A DNA stretch of 64,000 nt from Macrostomum lignano (lineage: Eukaryota): the NCBI GenBank assembly GCA_002269645.1, contig NIVC01001412.1, positions 62,001 to 126,000 of the forward strand, in the 5' to 3' direction. Both the position numbers and the translations under genes were made by a program. A model generated the notes under the pieces. It had not been told where the DNA came from. It did not search any database and saw only the letters and a list, made by a program, of their open reading frames with translations. Positions 35,823 to 47,232 of this stretch are shown here, piece after piece. How positions within the stretch are numbered: position 1 is the first letter of the stretch; each line of letters opens with the position of its first letter.

Positions 35823-36152
35823 CCCTTTGCGCCTGCGGCGCGGCCTGGGGTTATAGAGTGATTGTGTGTGTTGGGGAGAGTTGGAAGAGTTGGAAGAGTT
35901 TGAGTTCCATACAAATTGCCAGCAAACCAAAGCGAACGACGAGAGCGAATTCTCGGAATTCAAAGAGAATTAATCGTTATCAGTGTGAAATGACGCGATT
36001 GACCGAAATGAAGCGAGGATGAGCGGAGCGAGTTGAGCGAAGTGAAGACGAGCGATAATGAAGGGAAATGAGCCATTTCACACTGATAAAGGGTTAAAAT
36101 CATTTGATTTATGAGAAGGGTTTGCTGGCAATTTTGTATCGTATATACTACT
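35823..36152 (-). repeat. Right terminal inverted repeat of Polinton 1
   Basis: Ends ACTACT, followed by TSD GACCTG. Confidence 0.97.
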
Positions 36153-36158
36153 GACCTG

Positions 36159-37689
36159 CATGAGGAAACGGCGTACGTAGTCATATCGGACAACGAGGAG
36201 AGCACACCCTTCTACCCCCAGCGTGGTTTGAGAGAAGGATGTGCCAATTCGACGACTTTATTCAATATCTATCATCAAGCAGCAATACGCCTTGCCGAGA
36301 AAGAGAGAAAAACCGCGGCCATCAATAACGGCCGGATTTCGCTGGACATGCCGCTCAGGGCATAGCCTCCCTCCGCAACGTTTGGATAAATTTAATGAGA
36401 AGACGACAATGAAAACCGTGTCGTGCTTTCCTTTCGCCGACGACACGATGATTATCGGAGCTACGAGCGAAATTGGGCAGGGAACTAAAATTATGAAGGA
36501 GGTGATAAAGGAATTCGAGGAGATTACCAACGATGACAAAGAAGAGAGCGCTGTCCTAGGGACTGAAAGCAGTAGCAACATACGAATGCTTGGCACCTGG
36601 CTAGGACGCAAAAATGACATTAGACAAAGATTGCAGAAAGCCGCGAAAACATCAGCCGGAGTCCGGAATATGCTCAGGAAGACTAGACTAACTAAGAGAA
36701 CCCAAGCGAGGGTAGTTGAGGCCTACGTCGAGAGCACCATGCTCTTCAACTGCGGCGCCAGGCCTTTCTACAAGTCAGAAATTAAAACGCTCCAGAAAAC
36801 GGTGGACCGCTTATATCGTTACGTATGGAGTAGCAAGACGAGACCACCTCTGTTTGAAATGGAAGAGAAAGGTGCCAATAGCTGGGACGTCCGCGACGAT
36901 CTGGGAGTCACTAGCATCTCAACAAAAATTGAGATGGCTCACTGGAGGAGAATGGGACACGTGCTACGGCTACCAGATGACAATCTAGCGAAGCAGTGCG
37001 TCCTCGGATGGAGTAAAGACCTTGAAGGAGTTCGGAAAGCGAAGCACCGCAGGCAAACCATAATCTCGTTCTGGAAGAAACTGCTGAAAAACGCTAAGGT
37101 GGACGAACTTGACCTTGAACGGATAGTTCGTGATCGAACAAGGTGGAAGGAAATCATTAGAGAAAGGCAAAACCAACTGCTGCAAGAGGAAAGGAGGAAG
37201 AGGAAGCAAGTCAACCAATCGCCACCAGCCCCCCCCCCGAACGCGAATGAGACGACATGGAATGAAAACGAGCTGACGGGTTTCCGCTGTCGGTAAGAAG
37301 ACTGTGGCAAGATCTGCGCAACGCGAGGAGGCCTTGCGGCGCACCAGCGTCGCATGCACCACGTGTTAACCAGAGCCAGTCTGCCATGCCCGAAATGCGG
37401 CGCGGACTTTACGACTGAAGCGACGCGCAAAAACCACATAAAGACATGCCGCGGGGAAGAGGTGCAAGGAAGCCGCATCACGTGTAATATGTGCGGAAAA
37501 ACCGTCTCCAAATCGAACTTAGCCAGACACAGGAAGAACTGTAGACAGCACGAGGAACAACAGGTAGCAGAGGAGCAGAGCGTAACAGCCCGCGTGTACA
37601 GAACCAAGACCGGACCATGTCCAGACTGCGGAAAGATGCTAGCGTTGACAAACATTGCGCGTCACAGGAAAACGTGCAGAGGCGAATAA
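36159..37689 (+). pseudogene. LINE RT C-half plus four C-terminal zinc fingers
   Basis: GLREGCANSTTLFNIY, FADDT and WRRMGHVLR, then CxxxxCGKIC...H...H, CPKC, CNMC and CPDC fingers. One frameshift and one stop. Confidence 0.92.
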
Positions 37690-37742
37690 TGGCTCGCTGG
37701 GGACCGACGCCGCAAGGCGACAAAACGGTGGAAGAAGAAGAA

Positions 37743-39427
37743 GACGGCTACGACGCAAGGCCGGCCCTCCAATGGCACTTCCGGCCTTTGGCGATCCCGG
37801 AGGTGCAGCCAGGAGGTGGACCGGTCACGACACCAGCGAACCAGGCAAGTGCACTTCGGCGTGAGCCAGTGCCGTATGGTGAATGCCATTTGCATGAGCC
37901 TGTTCCTAATGCGTCTATGCCTGCTATTTCTTTTCCTCCCGTTTCTGCTCCCGCCCCCTGTGCTGCTTTTTCTGTGGTCCAGACCCCTGGGCCGTCGCTA
38001 TGCACCACTCCGATGGAAGCGTCAGTAGGAATTATAGATGCCGGTAGGCCGGCTAGGAACCGTAGGCAGCCTGAGAGGCTGATTATTAATCCTAGGGCTA
38101 AGACTTATGTTAGTCGCACCGCCCGCATCCGCGCACAAATTGAAACGCATTTCAGCGCAGAAATGCACTCGCAACGCTTCACGAAGTGCAATGAGCGCTC
38201 CTCTTCCGAGGAAAGCCAAAGGCAGATTCGCCGCCGAGACGCCTCGGCCCCAAGTTTCCCGGGGCAACCAATTGGCGCGGCCGCTGGCCAGTACGAGCCA
38301 TTCGGCGGCTCGCAAGAGGCACCTCGCAGCGCCCTCCAGCATCGAATTGGATCCCGGCCCAGCAGCCGGCCCGCGTCATCACCATCTAGGACCCGTTCGC
38401 CGCCCCCTGAGCGGCGCCCGTCCAGACGGTCGCGCCGAAGGCGCAGGGCTCGATGCCGCCAGGCGAACCCCGAGGACGGAGTCAGCCGCGGTCTTTGAGG
38501 CAAGTTGAGGCCGAGCAAGTTCGCAACGCCGCTCGGCCATTTCGTGAGCAAGCCTCGACCGGAGCCACGGCGGCTGCCCCGCCGATATTCATCGATCTCA
38601 CTCAGCCGGACACCCCTGTGCGCCGTTTAAAGAGCGAGAAAGTGGAATGCAACGCCGACATCCAGGAGGCCGTGTCGCGAGGCACCGCTGCGGTGCGACA
38701 ACAACTACAACCGCCCTGACCTGAGGCCCCGGCCCCCGCGGCGCCTGCAACGGCGCAGGCGGCTGTACAGTCAGCGCTACGAACGGAGGCGCTCACCGAG
38801 GACAAGAAGCCTAAAGCAGAAGCGGCAGTTGCCAATAACCATTTTATTTTTAGGATCGCCGGGCCGGAGTTTCGCTTGGAACCAGCCTCACCGCCCACCG
38901 ATGACAGCCCAAAGCTCCCGACCACCCCGGGGCCTAGCCCACCGGAGGCGCCTAAAACAACAGAAGCCGCCTGTCAGGCGGACGCGCCTCTCGAGACTAC
39001 CGATTGGGCGGGCCTGGCCACGGAACTCCGCCAGGCTCTCGGTGGCCCTGATTACCCGGTGACGGCGGCCCCGCCCAACTCACCGGAGCCACCGACGGCC
39101 GACTCGGACGCGGCCGAGGCCGAGCCCGCGGCACAGCGCCAGGACCGTCCGCTGATGAATGTACAGGCCGCGGTCTCCCGATATATCGAGACCATTTATT
39201 TCCTGGGCCAGCAACTAACGGCCGCGGCCCAGCTTGGCGTCTTACCAGACCTGACCGCGTGGCCTCGGTGGGCCGCCGTGAGAGCCCTTAGCGACGAGGA
39301 CCGCCAGCGCCTCATGGACCCCGAAGCGGCGCGGGTGGTAGCCAGGCTGATTGCGGCGCAAATCGCCGGTCGCACCCTCGACGTGCCTGAAATCATACGG
39401 CGCTGCGGTGAATCCGGAGCTGAATAA
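37743..39427 (+). mobile_element. 3' arm of Gypsy A: long integrase tail plus extra GC-rich ORFs
   Basis: DGYD-ARPALQ continues the frame left at 4784. RPARNRRQPERL is a typical integrase tail motif. Extra ORFs at 38453-38719 and 38876-39427. Confidence 0.7.
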
Positions 39428-39903
39428 TTGCGGATATGCTAACTGCCCTATTGAAACAATTGGCGCCTCGCTTAATTTAGCGCCCTTGCCTTTTCCGCGC
39501 TGCCTGCGTTTGTTCAGGCGCAGTCCGCGCCTTTCACTGCGTTTTGGGCGACTCTTGCCCGTCATCGACAAGTCCCTTTAGCCATCCTGGCGCATTTGAC
39601 TCCCCTTTTTTATTTTTCTTGCCGAATTTTGGGCTCTGCACTTGACTCCCGCAACCCACCTACTTATCTATTTAGGCGCCTCTTTCTTATAGTGGGGCCG
39701 GCGCCCCCCTTTTCTGTTTGTTCCTTTGTCTTGCCAGTAATTTTTAGGCAGCAATACGGCCCTCGCCCAGCCGCGCGCTTGTAGCCCTTGGCGGCCCTCT
39801 CTTTTAATGTCCACGTTGCCTGCTCCGGTAACCCCCCTTTTTCCCCCATGGGCTCTGCTATTGTTCGACGCATCCCGGCATTTAGGCGTTTTTTTGTTTT
39901 TTT

Positions 39904-39956
39904 CGGACTCTGACGAAGGCCACGACTTGGCCGAAAATTTGGTCAAATTAACATTT
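39904..39956 (+). ncRNA. Penelope-type minimal hammerhead ribozyme motif
   Basis: CTGACGA-A-GGCC-N7-GGCC-GAAA-ATTTG-GT-CAAAT-TA. Core and stems II/III are present; stem I is weak. Confidence 0.6.
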
Positions 39957-40002
39957 ATACGAGTACTTTCTCTCACTGTGTGTGTGGTTTTAATTAATTT
40001 CG

Positions 40003-40331
<329 letters not shown>

Positions 40332-40437
40332 TTATCCATATCTACGAATCTGTCTCTCTATCTAATATATTGATTTTGTAGCCAAGCCGAACCAACTAAG
40401 GCTCATTTATTTCAATTCGCCGGTGGCAGCTCTGCCA

Positions 40438-42779
40438 ATGGCGGACAATTGTGACGCAAATGAGCAAAAACAGATAAATTCCAGCAAAATGCGGCGCTCT
40501 CCGAGTTACACAGCACCGATACCGCGAGCCAAAATGGAAGATCTTTGGAAAAGTATCCTAACAGCAATGGCACCAGATCTGGTGTCAGCCTTCGGCAGGT
40601 CCGCAAGCCAAAGCAAAAGGCTCGATGGCACTGAGCTGGTGATCCTGATAGCCGTTAGGATCGAAAATGAAACGAAAATTTCTCAATACCTGCAGACGCC
40701 TTCTAACATTGACAGGCTCTTCAGCATCAATGAGATTACTTTTTCACCGCTTCACTATGCGTGTGAATTGGGAAAAGTCAAAGTTGTCGAAATGTTCATT
40801 AAAGGCGGAGCTGACGTCAATCGTCAAAGAAACACTGGCGAGTCACCTCTCTTCCTTGCATCACAGAATGGTCGCCACGAAGCTGTGAGTTTACTCATCA
40901 AAGCACAAGCTGACGTCAATCTTCAAGAAGTCCATGGCTGCTCACCTCTCTACATTGCATCAGGAATGGGTCACCACAAAGTTGTGAGCTCACTCATCAA
41001 AGCACAAGCTGACGTCAATCTTCAACGAAACACTGGCTCGTCACCTCTCTTCATTGCATCACAGAATGGTCACCACAAAGTTGTGAGATTACTCATCAAA
41101 GCACAAGCTGACGTCAATCTTCAAAATAACACTGGCTCGTCACCTCTCTACTTTGCATCACAAAATGGTCACCACCAAGTTGTGACCTCACTCATCAAAG
41201 CACAAGCTGACGTCAATCTTCAACAAGTCGATGGCTGCTCACCTCTCCTAATTGCATCAGGCAATAATTGCCACCAAGTTGTGAGCTTACTCATCAAAGC
41301 ACAAGCTGACCTCAATCTTCAAGCAAACACTGGCGAGTCACCTCTCTACTTTGCATCACAGAATGGTCACCACCAAGTTGTGACCTCACTCATCGAAGCA
41401 CAAGCTGACGTCAATCTTAAACGAAAGACTGGCGAGTCACCTCTCTCCATTGCATCAGGAATGGGTCACCACCAAGTTGTGAGCTCACTCATCAAAGCAC
41501 AAGCTGACGTCAATCTTCAACGAAACACTGGCGAGTCACCTCTCTACATTGCATCAGGAAAGGGTCACCACCAAGTTGTAAGCTCACTCATCAAAGCACA
41601 AGCTGACGTCAATCTTCAACAAGTCCAAGGCGGTTCACCTCTCTACTTTGCATCACAAAATGGTCACCACCAAGTTGTGACCTCACTCATCAAAGCACAA
41701 GCTGACGTCAATCTTCAAGAAGTCGATGGCTCGTCACCTCTCTACATTGCATCACAGAATGGTCACCACCAAGTTGTGACCTCACTCATCAAAGCAAAAG
41801 CTGACGTCAATCTTCAACGAAACACTGGCCAGTCACCTCTCTACATTGCATCAGGGAAGGGTCACCTCAAAGTTGTGAGCTCACTCATCAAAGCACAAGC
41901 TGACGTCAATCTTCAACGAAACACTGGCGAGTCACCTCTATACATTGCATCAGGGTATGGTCACCACCAAGTTGTGACCTCACTCATCAAAGCACAAGCT
42001 GACGTCAATCTTCAACGAAACACTGGCTCGTCATCTCTCTACATTGCATCACAGAATGGTCACCACCAAGTTGTAAGCTTACTCATCAAAGCACAAGCTG
42101 ACGTCAATCTTCAACAAATCCAAGGCCTTTCACCTCTCTACGTTGCATCAGGGAAAGGTCGCCACCAGGTTGTGGGCTCACTCATCAAAGCAAAAGCTGA
42201 CGTCAATCTTCAGCGAAAAAATGGCGAGTCACCTGTCTACATTGCATCAGCGCAGGGTCACCACAAAGTTGTGAGCTCACTCATCAAAGCACAAGCTGAC
42301 GTCAATCTTCAACAAATCCAAGGCGGTTCACCTCTCCACCTTGCATCAGGGAATGGTCACCACCAAGTTGTGAGCTCACTCATCAAAGCACAAGCTGACG
42401 TCGATCTTCAACAAGTCGATGGCTCGTCACCTCTCTACATGGCATCAGGGAATGGTCACCACCAAGTTGTGAGCTCACTCATCAAAGCGCAAGCTGACGT
42501 CAATCTTCAACAAGTCGATGGCTCGTCACCTCTCTATATTGCATCACAGAATGGTCACCACCAAGTTGTGAGCTCACTCATCAAAGCACAAGCTGACGTC
42601 AATCTTCAACAAGTTGATGGCTGCTCACCTCTCTACATTGCATTAGGAATGCGTCATGACCAAGTTGTGAGCTCACTCATCAAAGCACAAGCTGAGGAAA
42701 TGGGTGTACATTTTGATAGTCAAGAGTTGGCTAAAATTACATCTGCTGTGGAAGAGCCACCGAAACAGTTGGATTCTGG
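40438..42779 (+). CDS. ANK-cGLR gene, exon 1: 20 ankyrin repeats
   Basis: 33-aa xSPLYxASxxGHHQVVSSLIKAQADVNLQ repeats; donor GG|GTAAGA at 42780, phase 2. Upstream exons cannot be excluded. Confidence 0.9.
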
Positions 42780-43239
42780 GTAAGATTCATATTTTTTCTT
42801 TTTTGATTCTAAATAACTTTTTCAATAATTTTTTTCGGGTCTGAAGAAGATTGGGTAACTGTACAAGCATGCGGTCATTAGAGGCGGTTTTGACAGTTGA
42901 AAACTGAGAGCTTACTGAATGCTGAGTCAAGATTGATATAACATGGCTGATATCCAGACAAGTATATGTGCTCAGGGGGATTATCCGTGACTCAAAAGTA
43001 AATGCAATGCGAATGTGAAGATCAGGACCCATCTGCCGCCATCCCCATTATTGGCAGTGTCAGAAAATCAGGTTTCTTTCTGATTTACTCGAACCGCTCA
43101 GACCCGTTCGACCAATAAAGTTCCCTCGTAACCATTCGACTCTGCAGACACTCTGCATGGGCAGTCACGGAAAGTACCATTTTTCTGGAAGAAACCATGC
43201 ACACATTTTCTCCTGACACTCGGCTCACCCTTTGGACCT

Positions 43240-44180
43240 ACCTCCGGCCTGCCCACCCCACCTCCGTCCTGCCCCACCCAACCTCCGACCTGCCCCACCC
43301 CACCTCCGTCCTGCCCCCCCCACCTCCGACCCGCCCCACCCACCTCCGTCCTGCCCCACCCACCTCCGTCCTGCCCCACCCCACCTCCGTCCTGCCCCAC
43401 CCCACCTCCGTCCTGCCCCACCCCACCTCCGTCCTGCCCCACCCCACCTCCTTCCTGCCCCACCCCACCTCCGTCCTGCCCCACCCCACCTCCGTCCTGC
43501 CCCACCCCACCTCCGTCCTGCCCCACCCCACCTCCGTCCTGCCCCACCCCACCTCCGTCCTGCCCCACCCCACCTCCGTCCTGCCCCACCCCACCTCCGT
43601 CCTGCCCCACCCCACCTCCGTCCTGCCCCACCCCACCTCCGTCCTGCCCCACCCCACCTCCGTCCTGCCCCACCCCACCTCCGTCCTGCCCCACCCCACC
43701 TCCGTCCTGCCCCACCCCACCTCCGTCCTGCCCCACCCCACCTCCGTAATTGCCCCACCCACCTCCGTCCTGCCCCACCCCACCTCCGTAATTGCCCCAC
43801 CCACCTCCGTCCTGCCCCACCCCACCTCCATCCTGCCCCACCCCACCTCCGTCCTGCCCCACCCCACCTCCGAACTGCCCCACCCCACCTCCGACCTGCC
43901 CCACCCCACCTCCGACCTGCCCCACCCCACCTCCGTCCTGCCCCACCCCACCTCCGACCCGCCCCACCCACCTCCGTCCTGCCCCACCCACCTCCGTCCT
44001 GCCCCACCCACCTCCGTCCTGCCCCACCCCACCTCCGTCCTGCCCCACCCCACCTCCGTCCTGCCCCACCCCACCTCCGTTATTGCCCCACCCCACCTCC
44101 GTCCTGCCCCACCCCACCTCCGTTATTGCCCCACCCACCTCCGTCCTGCCCCACCCACCTCCCGCCTGCCCCACTCCACA
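43240..44180. repeat. 21-bp minisatellite (CCTCCGTCCTGCCCCACCCCA)n in intron 1
   Basis: About 44 units; G-rich minus strand. Confidence 0.97.
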
Positions 44181-44483
44181 TCCAATGCGGAATCATCGCT
44201 GAATCAACTCTTTTGCCACCTGCCATCCAAATCACAGACACTGCATGGGACACTCTGTATGGGACACTGCATGGGCAGTCATGGAAATTAGACAATTTTT
44301 CTGAAACAAACCATGCACACATGCGCTCAAAACTAAACTAAAATAACTAAAAGGATCAACTGAATGCAAAATAATCAGCAAAATCAATTCATGCACTATT
44401 CGGGAGAGCTGCCCTGTGCTACACAAATTAGTCAATTAACCCGTCTAGAACTGCAAGTTTTTCACCAATAACTCACATTTTAG

Positions 44484-44827
44484 ATGCAGTCCCAGCGACT
44501 CAGAGCTGAGCCATCAGCTGCACTCAGCACTGGAGCAGTCAGGCTTCACCGAATCCCGAGCCGCATTGCAGAGCGCGGCTGCGGATGCCCTGCAGCAGAT
44601 TCTGAGAAGTCGACTGAACAATAGTCCATTTTTTGTGGTCGGCAGCTACTCAGAAGGCTGGGGCAACAGCCTGACGACACTGGACGGCAGAACTGACGCC
44701 AATTCCGACATCGATGTGATTTATTTGATACCCGGCCGAGAATACCACCAGAGAGGCCTGTGTGAGTGCGATGGAGCTCCGGAGCAGCACGAGTTGGTGA
44801 ACGGGCACATTCAGTGCTCAGGATACA
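44484..44827 (+). CDS. ANK-cGLR gene, exon 2: NTase catalytic motif
   Basis: Acceptor TTTTAG|A and donor ACA|GTGAGT; VVGSYSEG...SDIDV; in frame with exons 1 and 3. Confidence 0.88.
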
Positions 44828-45760
44828 GTGAGTTCTCTCTTGGGAATTTAGATCGTCTGTAAGGTCTGTTAGTGATTGCTAGAGACTCTCGCAGTGCAGA
44901 TGTTTGATCTTAGTGTGTAAAGCATTGCTGCAGAAAATATTTGAAGGAGATCAGTAAGCAGATCTAAACAAGAGCCTGACTGTCCTGACAGTCTGTGTTG
45001 ACAACTTGCATTCATTATGTACAAGCTGTTGAAACCTGCAGATTTAATTATATCCCGCTGAAATTCAACCTCCGGATTTTTTGCATGCATTCTGAAATCT
45101 GAGGTCATGCTCAAACAAAAAGCTTGTTAATGTAGAGGTGAAGCCAACTTGGAGTAAATTTTTAATTTAAACTCGTAGGCAAGGAGACAGGATTAAAATG
45201 CAACTTTAAAGTAAAATGGCGATGGCGATGGCGATTGCCGTCTAAAACTGAGTAAAATTGCAAATTAATGATACTGTTTGAGTGCTCTGCAGAATCTATT
45301 TAAGCAGAGTAGGCGTGCAAAACATCAGCAAAACTAGTAAGGAACAAATGTGAGAAGTCATAAAATATTATTTAGTATATAAGGTACAAATTGGCAGTAG
45401 AAGTTATTGTTTCAGAACGTTCACAAAAAATGGTTCAACCATGTCCTTGAGTTCTGTGTGCTGGGGTTGGTCCACTCAGACAAGAATGTAAGAAAATTAG
45501 GCAGGATTATTTGTGCTAAATTTGAGTAGGATTGGTAAAAGTGAAGCAACGCTATGGAGGATTCAGTGAAGATTTGCGAATTTAAGCAGCTTTTTGCACT
45601 TCTAAGTAGGAAGACTCGAATTAAGGATGGTTGGTCGGTTTTGCCATGTATAGTTGTATGAGGGGTTTCTAAAGCTGCATAATGCCCGAGCAGTCTAAAG
45701 CTTCACTGCACAGACTCAAAGCTGTATATTGCCCGATCGGAAACCGAATCGTTTTTACAG

Positions 45761-47232
45761 CTAACAATCCTGCTGATGCGACACACGGATGCACGCTGAG
45801 GCCAGCGCTGGACAATGTCGACGCATGCCGTCTCTGCCGCTACCCGCCCATCGCGCCGCTGCTGCCAAACCGCGTCTCAAACGTCTCCTATCCTTTGTTG
45901 GAGGCTCTCCGGAAGGTTCTCACCTCCGCCTCATCGCCCTGCCACGTGGTGCACGCAGCCTCTCCTGACCGAGGAGGCGAAGAGCTCCGCGTGAGTACCA
46001 GCTTCCTGGAGAACCGGATGCTGCGAAGTCTCACTACCCTGCAAGGCCAACTGTTCGTCACACTCAAATACCTGGTCAAGAAGGTCATCTGTCACAAAGA
46101 TGGCTTCAATCAGCAAGGCTTGAGGTCCTACCACGTGAAGACAATCACCTTCCGAATGGTGGACGAGACGCCGGTCGAGCAGTGGAAGAAGGAGAACCTC
46201 GTGAGTCTCACGAGACAGTCGCTGCAGATGCTGCTCGACTGTGTGGAGAAGAGCCGAGAGCAGGACAGACAAACACCTGACACACCTGACCGATATCGGG
46301 GTCGCATCATGAACCATTTCTTTCTCAGCGATGCGGCCATCTACCTCAAGGGTGCGGACAAGGAGAGAGAGGACCAGCATTTGGACGGCATCATGAGCAC
46401 ACTGAGAACAGTAATCGATCGGCTGCCCCAACTGCTGCAGCAGTTCATCGGCAGTCTCAGACCTGTAAGTGACTCAGGCACATTCTACTTCCACCCGTTC
46501 CAAATCCTGCCGGATCTGAGGCCGGTGCCCCTCTCCGAGTCAACTAAGTCCAGTGCTCTCGAGTACTATCAGATCTACGACGTGGTGAGAGAGTGTCTGG
46601 TGCGTCTCTCACGCAGTGACTGCAGCCAGAGATCTCAGGAGTCGCTCACAGAGCTGATTGCCAGACTACCAGACTGCGCCCTCTCAGCACGGGAGGCTCT
46701 CGGAGCGCTGGCTTGCCTGAAGTTCGGCTACCGAGAAACTGCAGAGAGAGTCGTGAGCTCGTGCTCAGGTCACTCGGTGAGCAGAGGCATCGCCTGGTCT
46801 CGTGAGAAGTCGGCGACTGAAGCGACTGCGGAGTTCGTGATGGGTCATCTAAGAAGCTGCGACTCGGCGTGGAAGTTTTGCTTTGAGTTCGACCAGCGAC
46901 CGAAACTCGAGTTCTTGACGGGAGATCTGAGGGAGTGCTTTCCCCTCAAGTTGTCAAGCAGATGTGACCATTTCTACATGAACTTTGACGCTCTGCTGTG
47001 GGCTCTGCGGCTCGAGCTGCGGACTGATCGAGGGCGCGCTCAGGACTGGATCCGGGATGTGGCTGAGAGAGAGGACTCGGATGAGCAGGAGCTGCTGGTT
47101 GCCGCTTTGAATTCTTCGAATCTGGAGCAGTTTGAGGAAATAAAAAAGAAGCTGTGGATGATGAAAGCACGTCTTAATAATTGGCTGAAGGCGAGATTTT
47201 GGGAAAAATGGAGTGATCTGACAACCGTATGA
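45761..47232 (+). CDS. ANK-cGLR gene, exon 3: Mab-21/cGAS-like core and C-terminal helical region
   Basis: Acceptor TTTTTACAG|C; DNVDAC (third acidic residue), LRVSTSFLEN, LKYLVKK, SYHVKT, W..ENL and NHFF. Confidence 0.9.

Larger units (their letters stand above)
11455..36152. mobile_element. Polinton/Maverick (adintovirus-like) element 1, both ends present, decayed, with nested insertions
   Basis: About 330-bp TIRs starting AGTAGT. 6-bp TSD GACCTG (11449-11454 and 36153-36158). Encodes INT, pPolB, MCP, mCP, ATPase and protease. AT-rich. Confidence 0.96.
4785..37742 (+). mobile_element. Full-length RTE-like APE-type LINE (about 4.07 kb net), interrupted by the Mag-like element and Polinton 1
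   Basis: 13-bp TSD GACGGCTACGACG at 4772-4784 and 37743-37755. (GAA)4 tail at 37731-37742. APE, RT and zinc-finger fragments are collinear across the insertions. Confidence 0.9.

Noticed and set aside
11455-36152. AT-rich gene-dense block as bacterial or phage contamination
   Set aside because: It is bounded by TIRs and an exact TSD within a LINE, carries nested eukaryotic retroelements, and has the Polinton gene set.
43098-44341. Several long ORFs (260-369 aa) on both strands
   Set aside because: They are translations of a stop-free 21-bp minisatellite inside an intron.
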